A DNA stretch of 63,995 bases, counting the filler, from Octopus bimaculoides (lineage: Eukaryota), in NCBI RefSeq assembly GCF_001194135.2. It is 5 parts of 5 records of this genome, joined end to end, with 100 filler letters (N's around TTAATTAATTAA, not from the genome) between each part and the next. Parts side by side here need not be neighbours in the genome. Positions count along the whole stretch, not along the records: positions 1 to 27,982 come from NC_068981.1; 4 more parts are not named here. One strand, written 5' to 3'. Each line of letters begins with the position of its first letter. The stretch's first letter is position 1. A program made the position numbers and the translations under genes. The notes beneath the pieces are model-generated. The model had not been told where the DNA came from and ran no database searches. It saw nothing but the letters and a program-made list of their open reading frames with translations. Positions 12,679 through 25,201 of this stretch are shown piece after piece.

Positions 12679-14257
12679 TAATTCCATTTGTTGTTGAATC
12701 CCAGGTCAGCTTTGAGTGAGCAGACCTAGAGTGAAAAATATTCCAGCTCTGATTATCCAGTCTTTCTTTCAAATATATACATTAACTAAGTCATTCATAA
12801 ATTATGCCCTCTTCTATTCGTTTAATGCTGACATATTTATATTCTAATTAGTCTCCGTTGTTGTTTCTCTAATGAGATCATATATAAATGTTAAATATAT
12901 CTCATAAGTTGTAAGGGAATTTTTAAGGGTCAGTTGCTATCACAAAGTTTTATGACATAAAATGGATGAGTGGCAATTTTTTTTCAAATTAAACCATTAG
13001 TTTATTGAACTTGGAGTCAAATTTCTCTCAAATCACACCTTACCATCCTAAAAATATAAAGATTGCAACATGCAGTCTTAGATAAAGTATGTTTGAAGAA
13101 AAAAAGGGATGCTTTTGATCATAAGTCTGCTGGATCAGTACTGGCCTGGAACTAATCAACAGTAATAACAATTTCACGAGTAACATTCCCAGAAAATCTC
13201 ATGCATATTTCCAACAGAAATACTCTTTGTTCATAATAATGATTAAACAAGAATGTGTTATCTCTGATGCTTGGGTTAGCAAAACCATTACCAGTTTCTT
13301 TAAAAGCAGGGATGACATAGCAAAGATAAGACAATCATAGACTTTTATAAAAGAGTTTTAAAAAGTAATAGTTGTAGAGAGAAAGTAATTGCTAAAGTAG
13401 ATGATATAGCAGATTGTTTCTATAGGGACAGGATGTCACAGATGTCCTTTTTCTAGTGAATTTTAAGAAAAAAACTACTTAGCAAAGAACAGTTTGCATA
13501 TGCTGTAAAATGCATGGTACATGCCTATTTGACAATATGAGGAAGCTACGTATGGACAAGTAGTTTTAAGGATGTCTTGAAGTTATAATCAAAACCCTCA
13601 CATTACCCAGCCACAACAACAACAAGTATAAATTATGATGATGATATTACTCTCTTCACAGACACCATCTTAGATGCTACCTTCCTTCTGCATGACTTTG
13701 AAAAAGTGGTAGCAGATATTAGTAGATAGGTCAATACCTCAATATTTCTGCTACTATCAGGAGGGATAAATAGGCACAATCACACAATACCTTGTAAAAT
13801 TTGTAGACTCCTTTGTACACAGGAAATAACATCACATCAACAGCTAAACGGGTAAAAAAAAAAATGTCTTCTGAAAGCATGGGCTATTTTTGATTTTAGT
13901 GTATATATATATTAACTCTCATGTATTGCTTTAATTTTGTTTAAAATCTCATCTTCTAATGTTTACTTTCATTTTATGATAGCTATAAGATACAACTGTT
14001 TTCTGATTGGGTAAACATGACCGAACTTTAAACGTCTGTAATATTTTTCTATAATTTTTCTGCAATAAATGAATCACAAACTCAAGTTCAACATGAAAAA
14101 CTACATCAATATACCAAATTTGAAAATTTTCACTTAATTTTAGAATTTCAAAACCTGTGACAGCAACAGAAAAGATCTCTCTCTCTCTCTGTTTGTCTAT
14201 CTCTTTCATTTTCTCATGGTAAACTTTCACATTCTCTATAAAAGTATATCACTCATG

Positions 14258-14291
<34 letters not shown>

Positions 14292-14879
14292 GTGTGTTTG
14301 TGTGTGCATGTGTGTGTATCTATGTGTGTGTTTGTAAGGAAGTTTATTAATGCAACAGAGTAATTTTAAAAAGTATGTAAAAGATAATNNNNNNNNNNNN
14401 NNNNNNNNNNNNNNNNNNNNNNNNNNNNNNNNNNNNNNNNNNNNNNNNNNNNNNNNNNNNNNNNNNNNNNNNNNNNNNNNNNNNNNNNNNNNNNNNNNNN
14501 NNNNNNNNNNNNNNNNNNNNNNNNNNNNNNNNNNNNNNNNNNNNNNNNNNNNNNNNNNNNNNNNNNNNNNNNNNNNNNNNNNNNNNNNNNNNNNNNNNNN
14601 NNNNNNNNNNNNNNNNNNNNNNATAAATGGAAGCAAATTGCAGATTCAAACTGTTTATATTTTAAAACTGATTTTTAAAAATTTTGAAAAAAACTGAAAA
14701 TTTAGGATTTAGGGGGCTGCAGGTTTAATGAAAAATAAAAAAAAATATTTCAGTATTGTTTTTAAATTGCATTTCATTTTCTATTTGAAAATAAAGGAAG
14801 TGGGGATTGTAATAGTGGTCACTGATTTCCAAAACTTCTCTTTTTTTGTAATCTTCAAGTTTTTTCTCATCATTTTAAG

Positions 14880-15170
14880 TATACAGTATACAGTGCAAAA
14901 AAAAAAAACATTGGCCAAAATCGGTACTGAGTGGGAGAGGGGGATTTGAAAAATTCATAAATTTTCAAAATTTTTTCTTTACTGAAAAGGCGTCTCTTAC
15001 TATTTTTAAGTGTGTAGCACAAAGAAAAAAAAATTGGACAAAATCAGTCCAGATGTGGAGATAGGGGATTCATAAATTTTCAAAATTTTTTTCATAAAAA
15101 GCTTTCCCCACTATCATTTGCAAGGGTAACTTGAAAAAAGAATTTGAAAAATCCATGTCAAAATGGGAAA
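14880..15170. repeat. About 115-bp diverged tandem subrepeats, probably part of a DNA element
   Basis: cataaattttcaaaatttttt at 14956 and 15071, each preceded by an aaaatc(g/a)gt..gggg motif. Confidence 0.5.
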
Positions 15171-16450
15171 AATCGAACTTATGTGGTTGTGAGTCTGCCA
15201 AAGTAATCTATTGTGAAAATTACCCAACAATGACAGGATACTCAACTAGTCTTCAATATGTTTAAGTATTTTCTGAGATCCCTATAAATTCTTGGTCCTG
15301 AATATGATGTACATTTTTGTAGGCTTTGTCTTCTGAGATTATATTTTGTCAGACTTTATGAAGAAAAGCAATTCTTCTAATTACTGTAATTATCAAACAT
15401 TTTTTTAAAAATAAAATCTGGAGTCCAAACAATCTAATGGTGGTTTATCAAGAATAATCATTTAGTAAACAAGTCTTCCTCTAACGGGCAGTTATTACAA
15501 GGGAGATAATTATTTCTTCCTAATTAGAAATTAGATTGTGAAATTAAGGAATTACAAGGAAAAAGTTTCGGAGAATCCACATCTTTTACTTATTTCAGTC
15601 ATTCGATTGTGGGCATGCTGGGGCACCACTTTGAAGAATTTTAGTTGAAGTCATCAACCCCGGTACTTTTTTTTTTGTTAAAAGCCTGGTACTTATTCTA
15701 TCAGTCACTTTTGCCAAACTGCTAAGTTATGGGGACATAAACGCACTAACACCAGTTGTCAAGTGGTGGTGAGGAACAAATACATACACAATGACACACA
15801 CACAGACTCACGGATATATATATATATATATATATATACAGTGCCCCTGGACTGGCTCTTGTGCGGGTGGCACATAAAATACACCATTTTGAGCGTGGCC
15901 GTTGCCAGTATCGCATGACTGGCCTTCGTGCCAGTGACACGTAAAAGCACCTACTACACTCTCGGAGTGGTTGGTGTTAGGAAGGGCATCCAGCTGTAGA
16001 AACTCTGCCAAATCAGATTGGAGCCTGGTGTAGCCATCTGGTTTCACCATTCTTCAGTCAAATCGTCCAACCCATGCTAGCATGGAAAGCAGACGTTAAA
16101 CGATGTGTGTGTGTGTGTAAATGGATTAGTGTGTTTGTAGTGAAGATTGTTATTTGTGTCTTCTGAGTCAACAAATGCAATGTAACTGACAGATGTGAGT
16201 GTACATTGAAGTTAGTAAGTGTAGGGATAAGATGTAAAAGGTCACCATATGTAGTGTACAAATGTAAGGTTATAACCTCTGAGGTACCAACCGTATCATG
16301 CAGCTATAAAGTTATTTGATGTAGAAATAGCACTTCTTGTTCCATGTCAGGTGGTTAGATGTAGATAGTCAAACATAAGATGAAAAAATGTAACAGCAAC
16401 ATCAAAGAGAAAAGAATAACATTCACAAATTTATTTGCCAACAGTGGTTA

Positions 16451-16875
16451 CTCTTTTACTTGTTTCAGTCATTTGACTGCAGCCATGCTGGAGCACTGCC
16501 TTTAGTTGAGCAAGTCAACCCCGGGACTTATTCTTTGTAAGCCTAGTACTTATTCTATCGGTCTCTTTGGCCGAACCGCTAAGTGACGTGGACATAAACA
16601 CACCAGCATCGGTTGTCAAGCAATGCTAGGGGTACAAACACAGACACATCACACAAACACACACACACACACACACAAAAAAAAAAAAAAATATATATAT
16701 ACACACACACACATATATGACAGGCTTCTTTCAGTTTCCGTCTACCAAATCCACTCACAAGGCTTTGGTCGGCCCGAGGCTATAGTAGAAGACATTTGTC
16801 CAAGATGCCACGCAGTGAGACTGAACCCGGAACCATGTAGCAAGCTACTTACCACACAGCCACTCCTGCACCTAT
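16451..16875 (-). mobile_element. SINE family A, full length
   Basis: Same architecture. More diverged or partial copies lie at about 191-350, 1410-1720, 4483-4630, 5641-5863(+), 8940-9170(+), 15590-15810, 17340-17505, 20905-21313, 26580-26945, 31297-31630, 33100-33255, 38190-38295(+), 42207-42376(+), 43210-43450 and 61300-61500. Confidence 0.88.
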
Positions 16876-17068
16876 GTTAAATATCAAATATTCATAGTTG
16901 TAATTGACAATAGCAATGATGTGTTGATGACTTGCTGGTAGTTGGCAGTGTGTGATTTGTGCATTCAGCTGACAGAGAGGAAGAAAGGTTTACGTTGTTC
17001 CTTTCCATTCAGCTGATGCTATGCTGTGCAAGAAGCTAATTGCTCCCAGTTGGAGGTTTGTCAACCAA

Positions 17069-17099
<31 letters not shown>

Positions 17100-17944
17100 G
17101 AGAGAGATTGTCTCAGTTATATAGGTATGGCCCAGAAATAAATAAAACCTAAATCAACAGACTGAGCCTTCCATGACTAGCAATGGTCTCTGGGGGTCAG
17201 GTGTTTCTCATTAATCACCCAGTGTGGAAATAAAACTGAAAGGAATCAGATAGTTGTCTGACAAGGAACAAGTGTGTAGATTTGGTTTCAAATATCAATT
17301 AGGCCGGGCTAAGTGGACTCCTAATGTATGTGTATATATATATGCAACAGGCTTCTTTCATTTTCTGTCTACCAAATCCACTCACAAGGCTTTAGTCAGG
17401 CCGAGGCTATAGTAAAAGTCACTTGTCCGGTGTGTTACACAGTCAGACTGACCTCAGAACCATGTAGCTGGGAAGCAAACTTCTTACCACACAACTATAC
17501 TTGTGCATATTTAATTCTCATTTTGATTTTTTGTTACTTATTACAAAGTTCTTAAAATTCCTAGCCTATAACCATTTTGTAAAGCTAGTTAGTAAGAGTA
17601 GAATTAAGCCAGTGACAAATATTTTGTTATTTAAAAAAATACATGGAAAGTGAATCTGACAGATTTTGTGAGTTAAAAGATTGCAAAACTTGCTCTTCAA
17701 TGATGAAAATGTTTCACTTTCAACTCACCATTTCAAATCAAGTTACTTGTTTGACAAGTACAACACTAAAAGTTAATGAAGTTTTACCAAAAACCTGAAT
17801 GTACTAGTTTCTCTATACAATATAAATTTATTCAAATTTATTAATTTATTTCAGATAACGTGAAGAGGAAAGGAATATTTTAATCTTTCTCTTTCCCTCT
17901 CTACTCTCTCTCTCTCTCTCTCCATTATTGCTATCCCTCTTTTT

Positions 17945-18420
17945 GCATTGCATATATGGTTGCAGGTTTGGCTGTGTGATAAGAAGCTTGTTTCCCAATC
18001 ACTGGTTCCAGGTTCAGTCCCACTGCTTAGCACTTCAGACAAGTGTCTTTTACAGTAGACCTGGACTGACCAAAGCCATGTCAGTGGATTTAGCTGACTG
18101 GTAGACAAAAACAGAAAGAAGCCTATTGTATATATGTTTGTCTATATGTGTGTGTATTTGTGTCTCTTTGTCTTGACATTGCATGATAGCTGTAAATGAG
18201 TGTCACTGTCATATAAGCAGTGTCATTCATTTCCAATATTCTGTGAGAACATGTTTGGCAATGGGGAAATATTACTTTCCTTGGAAACTGGTAAGTGTTG
18301 GTGACAGGAAAGGCAACTGGCCATAGAAAATCTGCCTCAAATAAACACCATCCAACTCCTGCAAGCATAGAAAAGTGTACATTAAATGAGGATGATGACA
18401 ACAATGATGATGATGATGAT
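17945..18420 (+). mobile_element. SINE with family A head and an RTE-type tail
   Basis: Family A head and core, then a different body ending gcaagcatagaaaagtgtacattaaatgaggatgatg. A copy with the same architecture is on the - strand at about 2519-3010. Confidence 0.75.
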
Positions 18421-19634
18421 GGTTGTAGTAGTGATGGTAGTGGAGGTGGTGATGATGATATACATAAACGTGCAACATAAACGTGCACTTCCATATACAC
18501 ACTATAAATAAAAAATGAATACAAAATTCATTTTAAAGAATATATAACTGTGAATTATTGAACTGTTAACAGCAAGTACAGTTTCAAATCATTGTCTTAT
18601 TATTTTAGTAGGCTGACACTTTTTACTTGTAATGTCTACTTCATAGACTGCTACTAAAAAAATAGGGTTTAAAAAAAGAAAAATGTTCTTATCCTAATTA
18701 ATTGCTTGGTATGAATTAATAGATATCATTGCAGAATTGTTGCTTGTGCAGATTCAAATAAGTACCAGTTGAATATTGGAGTCAATGTAAACGACTGGCC
18801 CCACCTCCCCCAAAATTGCTGGCCTTGTGTCAAAATTTGAAATTATTATCATTATTGTTAAGGTGGCGAGCTGGTTGAACCATTAGCATGCCAGACAAAA
18901 TGCTTAGCGATATTCTGCCCGTCGCTCCATTCTGAGTTCAAATTCCGCTGAGGTCGACTTTACCTTTCATCCATTTGGGGTTGATAGAATAAGTACCAGG
19001 TGAACACAGGGGTCAATGTAATCGACTATCCCCTCCCCCCAAATTGTGGCAAAATTTTAAATCATTATTATTATTACTATTTTGCTTTTTCTCTTGTATG
19101 CCATCAAAATGACACTGGGGTAAAATATATGAAGCCCATTATACCCATCATGACTACCCGTCTGATAAGGGTACACCAGGCACATGCATCACAACCATAT
19201 CTGCATGACATGGTGATCTCATATCAAGATAAACAGCACATGACCTCGCAGGTGGGACCCAGTTGGAATTTTCTTCAGGTCGAGTAGCCCATCCCGCTCA
19301 AAAGGTCCCTGAATAAGGTTTGTTTAAGAATGTTGAGCAAAACACCCATGTTTCCGAAGGTGAATTATTCAAACCCCAAAGAATTCCTCTCAACACATAG
19401 CTATGATGCTCCCCCACTACTTCTGCTCATGATCAGAGATGCACATATCGTCAGCCACCAAGGGACATGCTCATCTGGTTAAGGTCAAACAACTGACAAG
19501 NNNNNNNNNNNNNNNNNNNNNNNNNNNNNNNNNNNNNNNNNNNNNNNNNNNNNNNNNNNCATCCGGGCATTTATCATCATCATCATCATCATCATCATCA
19601 CCACCACCACCACCACCACCACCATCACCATCAC

Positions 19635-19674
<40 letters not shown>

Positions 19675-19829
19675 GTTGTTGTTGTTGTTGTTGAGTTAGC
19701 AAGCTTGCAGAATTGTTAGCAGGCCAAGTAAGATGCTTGGCAGCATTTCATCTGTCCTTATCATCAAAACACTACCACTACTGCTGCTTCTGTTAGTAAT
19801 CAAGATAATAATGGTTTCTCATTTTGACA

Positions 19830-21098
19830 CATGGTTAGCAATTTTGAGGGAAGGTAAGACAATTACATCAGCCATCCCCCTTCCCTACGGTTCAGTTGGT
19901 ACTTATTTTATCAACCCTGAAAGGATGACACAAAGTTGACCATGGCAGAATTTGAACTTAGAACATAAAAACAGACAAAATTCTGCCAAGTATTTTGCCT
20001 GGTGTACTTACAATTCTGCTAGCTTGCCGCTTTAATAATAATAATTCTTTCTACTGGAAGCACAAAGCCTCAAATTTGGGGGAAGGGATTAAGTTGATTA
20101 CATCAACCCCATTGCATAACTGGTACTTATTTAATCAACCCTGAAAGGATGAAAGGCAAAGTCAACCTTGGTGGAATACCGCTTATGATTTCGTCCAGCA
20201 TGCTAACGATTCTGCCAGCTTGCTGCCTATAATAATAATAATAATAATGATAATAATCCTTTCTGCTAAAGGCACAAAGGAGGAGACTGGCCGATTAACC
20301 CCAGTGCATAATTGGTACTTATTTAATCAACCCTGAAAGGATGAAAGGCAAAGTCACCCTCAGTGGAATTTGAACTCAATAATAATAATAATAACAACAA
20401 CAATTTCAAATCTTGGCACAAGGCTTGCAATTTTGGGAAAGGGGGCTAGTTGATTACATTGACCAGAGTGCTTAACTGGTACTTATTTTATTGACCTCAA
20501 AAGGATGAAAAGGCAAAGTTGACATCAGTGGAATTTGAACTCAGAATGTGAAGACAGACGAAATTCCGCTAAGCATTTCGTCTAGCGTGCTAACAATTCT
20601 GCCAGCTCACCACCTTCAATAATAATAATAATTTTGATACAAGGCCAGCAATTCAAGGGGCGGGGGTATTTGCTATTACTGATAACCCTAGCATTTGACT
20701 GATAGTTTATCTTATTGACCCTGAAAGGATAAAAACAAAAAGTTGACCTCTATGAGATTTGAACTGAGAATGCAAAGAGCTGAAAAGCATCACAAGGAAT
20801 GTTTTTTCTGAAAAGCATCACAAGGATTCTGTCTGCTCACTGAATAATAGTTTCTGATTCAGGCACAAGGCCAGCAGTTATCTGATACCATCAACCCAAA
20901 TACTTATCTGCTATCTTTTACTTATTTCAGTCATTGGAATACAGCCATGCTGGAGCACTACCTTGAAAAGTAAATTGACTCCAGTGCTAATATCTTAAGC
21001 ATGGAACCCATTCTATCAGTCTTCTTTGCTGAACTGCTAAGTTCCAGAGACATAAACAAACCAAAACCAGTTGTCAAGCAGTGGAACGTGGACAGACA

Positions 21099-21132
<34 letters not shown>

Positions 21133-22700
21133 TCTATATGCATAAATGATGGGCTTCTTTCAGTTTTCATCTACCAAATACCCTCACAAGATTTTGGGTT
21201 AGCTCAGAGCTATAGTAGAGAACACTTGTTCAAGGTGCCATTCTGTAGGACTGAACCTGACAACATGTAGTTGGGAAGCAAACTTCTTACCACACAGCCT
21301 CAGCTGCACCTATTTTATTTCATCAATCTTAGAGAGATGAAAGACAAAATTGTCCTCAGTGAAATTTGAACTCAGAAGGAAAAGAACAAATGCCTCAAGA
21401 TGTTTTCATTTTTTTCGCAACACTCTAACGATTTTTCCAGTTCACACGCTTTGATGGATTTTTTTTTTTGTCTAGATACAAGGCCAGCAGTCTTGAGGAG
21501 AAGGTTAGTTGATTCCATCAACTCCAGACTGGTACTTTATTTCATTGGTACTTCCAAAAGGATGAAAAGCAAAGTAAAGAGCTGACAGTAATACCAGAAA
21601 GCATTTTTTTTTAAATGCTTTAACAAGACACAAGGCTACATGATTTTGTGGAAGAGTGTTGTTGATTAAGATCAACATCAGTCTTTCACTGATACTTATT
21701 TTATCAATCCCAAGGGGAAAGTGTAGTTAATTAAGATTGACTGCAGTACTTGCTATTTCTAAACATCAAAGGATGAAAGGTGCAATTGACTTTAGTGGGG
21801 TTTGATCTTAGAAGATAGGGTGATGCACCAAAATACTGTAAGGCATTTTGTTCAACACTATAATAATTTTATAATGCTACTACTGCTGCTTCTGTTACTA
21901 CTACTACTACTACTACTACTACTACAACAGCAGCAGCAGCAACTACTACTACTACTACTACTACAACAGCAGCAGNNNNNNNNNNAGCAGCAGCAACTAC
22001 TACTACTACTACTACTACAACAGCAGCAGCAGCAACTACTACTACTACTACTACTACTACTGCTACTATAATAATAGTTCTTTCTAATTTTGGCATAAGG
22101 CCAGCAATTTTGAAGGGAAGGATAAGTCAATTACACTGACCCCAATTACACTGACTCTGAAAGGATGAAAGACAAAGTTAACCTTGGCAGTATTTGAGTA
22201 CAATGTAAAGAGCTGGAAGAAATACCCTTGAACAATTTCTTTTGCTTGCTAACAATTCCGCCAGCCTTAACAGCTTCAAATTTTGATACAGGACCAACAG
22301 TTTTGTGGGGAGATGCTTAGTTGATTTCATTGATCCTAGTACTCAAGTAATACTTCATTTTATTGACCCAAAAAGATAAAAGGCAAAGTTGACCTCTGTG
22401 GGATTTGAACTCATAACATGAAAGAAATGTCACGAAGCATTTTTGTCCACAACACTAACAATTCTGCCAGCTCTACAGCAACAATGACAATAATAATAAT
22501 TTCAAACATAAGCATAAGGCCACACATTTCTATTTATAGGCACAAGGCCTGAAATTTTGAGGGAGGAGGAAAGTCAATTACATCGATACCAGTACATGAC
22601 TGGTACTTAATTTATCAACCCCGAAAGGATGGAAGACAAAGTCAGCCTTAGCAGAATTTGAACTTAGAATGTAAAGATGAACAAAATACTGCCAGCTTGC
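19830..22700 (-). mobile_element. Dense co-oriented cluster of about 12 family B SINE copies and fragments
   Basis: Repeated tggtacttattt(a/t)atcaaccctgaaaggatgaaaggcaaagtc...gaatttgaactc motifs separated by (AAT)n or (CTA/CAG)n tracts. Confidence 0.85.
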
Positions 22701-23412
22701 TGCCTTAAGTGGTTTATTAATGATGGTTTGTATCATTGGTACCTGGCTACAAAATGTGGAGAGGAGGATACACTCAATTAAAAAGACACTAGTACTTAAT
22801 TATTACTTAACTTGGTACAGGATGGTTCTCTTAAACCCAGCAACCTCAGGACCTGGCCATCACCAGACTATGGGGAAATGCCAGAAAATTGAAATTTTCC
22901 TTTAAGGGGAGTTCCTACATAAATGTAATCTTGTTATCCTATTTCACATAAAGATATCAAAGCTTACAACAGGAAATAATACAATTAATAACACTGGTCA
23001 ACAAGTATTTTTCATCAAGCATATGTCAAGGTGTACTTAGTGTAGTTTTTAATGCTGATCTCAAATATACAATTAGATTTTTGACATCACGTACAGTTTT
23101 CAAGATGAGAAAGTTTTTGGGTTTTAGCTCATGCATTATATAGAAATTCCAATTAATGATGTGTATGCATGTATTTCATCTACATCATGGAAACATATCT
23201 TTAAAGTAAACTACATTATTCATTGCTGCATAGTTCAGATGCAATATTTCATCATCTTAAATTAGCCAATCAAGTTTTGTCTGGTGAAATAGGTGTTTTA
23301 ACATCTCAAATTGTCCAGTCATAATTGGTCTGGTGAAATATTTCATCATCTCAAATTCAATATAAGTATAATCGTTTGTATCTGTTTCCTTACTTGTTTT
23401 ACAGTGTTAACA

Positions 23413-24846
23413 ATGTCAAGACAGTGTAGAAATCGTCCTGATGTGTTTTGTTATGTCTGTGGACAATACTTTGACTGTTGTCTTGGAAATCAGGATGAGT
23501 TATGGGCACCACATTTTATCTGCTCAGCTTGCTCAAATGGCTTACGTGACTGGTTCAATAATAAGAAGTCCATGCCTTTTGCCATTCCAGTGATATGGAG
23601 GGAGCCAAAAGATCGTTTTAATGACTTTTGCAAAGTAAATGTCTCAGGATTTTCTCTGAAGAATAAATACAAAATTGTGTATCCCAATTTAGATTCTGCA
23701 ATGAGACCTGTGTCTCACAATGGATGTTTGCCAATTCCAGTTCCACCAGACGATAGTATTGAAACATCAGATGATGATGCTGACTGTCACAATAGTGTTG
23801 CTGAGGAAGATTATGTGGCTGATGATAGCTTTGAACCTTGGAAATTTTCCCAAACTGAACTGAATGACCTTGTCAGAGACCTATCCCTCTCAAAAGATAA
23901 AGCAGAACTGTTGGCATCAAGACTGAAGAAGTATCTGTTAGAGCACGGTGTTCATATAACTTATTTTTGGCAGAGAAATGTGGTTCTACAAATGTGTTTT
24001 TTTGTTAAAGGTCCGCTTTGCTTTTGCAGTAACAGAATTTTTGAATGTTTATTACAAAATCATGAGACTGAAGAGTGGTGTTTGTTTATTGTTTGTTTGT
24101 TTAACGAATGTTAAAAGCTGTACTTCCCCATAATGGTAATTTGAAGCCTTCCATTCCTATTGCACACTCCATTTGTCTTCATGAATCATATGAGAATATG
24201 GAACTTTTATTTCACATCATTGCCTATGAAAGATACTCATGGAAAATATGTGGAGATTTAAAAGTCATTGGAATGTTAATGGGAATACAGTCAGATTTCA
24301 CAAAATACTGTTGTTTCTTGTGTCTATGGGATAGTCAGGCAACTGACAGACATTATTCAGAATCAAACCGGCAGACAAGAACATCATACCAGCTGGGGCT
24401 ATCAAGAATACACCTCTTGTAGATCCATGTAATGTCTTATTGGCATCCTTTGCACATAAAGCTTGGACTGATGAAACAGTTTGTAAAGACACCAAGGAAG
24501 AGAAACGCCAGAGGGTTTGAGTGTATTGTAGAAAAGTTTCCCAAAATCACACAGGCAAAGTTGAAAGAGGATATCTTTGTTGGACCCCAAATTAGACAAT
24601 ACTCAAAGATGTCCGCTTCAAGACAACACTGAATGAACTAGAACTGCTTGCCTGGAATGCTTTCAATTAGATCTGAGAGAATTTCTTGGGCAACAAGAAG
24701 GCAAGAATCTTCTGAAATATTACTCAGCAATGAGTTGTCGCATGTCACTGAAAGTTCACTTCCTGGACTCCCATCTGGATTTCTTCGCAGATAACATTGG
24801 AGCAGTGCCTGATGAATATGGTGAAGGATTTGACCAGGACATTAGT
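23413..24846 (+). pseudogene. Transposase pseudogene of the Chapaev3-like element
   Basis: Frameshifted segments: MSRQCRNRPDVFCYVCG, LGNQDELWAPHFICSAC, MPFAIPVIWREPKD, ELNDLVRDLSLSKDKAELLASRL, VLPHNGN, GDLKVIGMLMG..FTKYCCFLCLWDS, PLHIKLGLMKQFVK, IFVGPQIR, DEYGEGFDQDI. Confidence 0.88.
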
Positions 24847-24982
24847 TGTTCTAACTTTGTCTGACTCATTTTATGTTTATTCACTCTTTGTAGATTGATA
24901 GTGATGATTTTTAACTCAATAAACTCATTTACTTTCCAAAAATAATATGTCCTTATTTATTACATTAATGATTTCATATATA

Positions 24983-25201
24983 CCAGTACCGCCTGACTGG
25001 CTTTCGTGCGGGTGACATGTAAAAGCACCCACTACACTCTCTGAGTGGTTGGCGTTAGGAAGGGCATCCAGCTGTAAAAACTCTGCCAAATCAGATTGGA
25101 GCCTGGTGTAGCCATCTGGTTTCACCAGTCCTCAGTCAAATCGTCCAACCTATGCTAGCATGGAAAGCGGACGTTAAACGATGATGATGATGATGATGAT
25201 G
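24983..25201 (+). mobile_element. Family C RTE-tail insertion nested in the Chapaev3-like element
   Basis: ccagtaccgcctgactgg...ggacgttaaacgatgatgatg lies between the transposase remnant and the 3' TIR. Confidence 0.88.

Noticed and set aside
13960-14154. Possible KIF6 C-terminal exon (KLSENFQIWY versus KLQKEFEVWW)
   Set aside because: The similarity covers only a few residues, the donor is weak, and the intervening KIF6 exons are absent.
15262-15352. HIQDQEFIGISENT resembling KIF6 HIQQVALGISENM
   Set aside because: The frame is bounded by stops and has no usable donor; most likely chance.
17729-17794. - strand segment with good acceptor and gtgagt donor
   Set aside because: All three frames contain stops, so at best it is a non-coding exon, and there is no other support.
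19100-19500. GC-richer segment that looks like an interspersed repeat
   Set aside because: It is a single copy in the window with no termini or coding motif to support a call.
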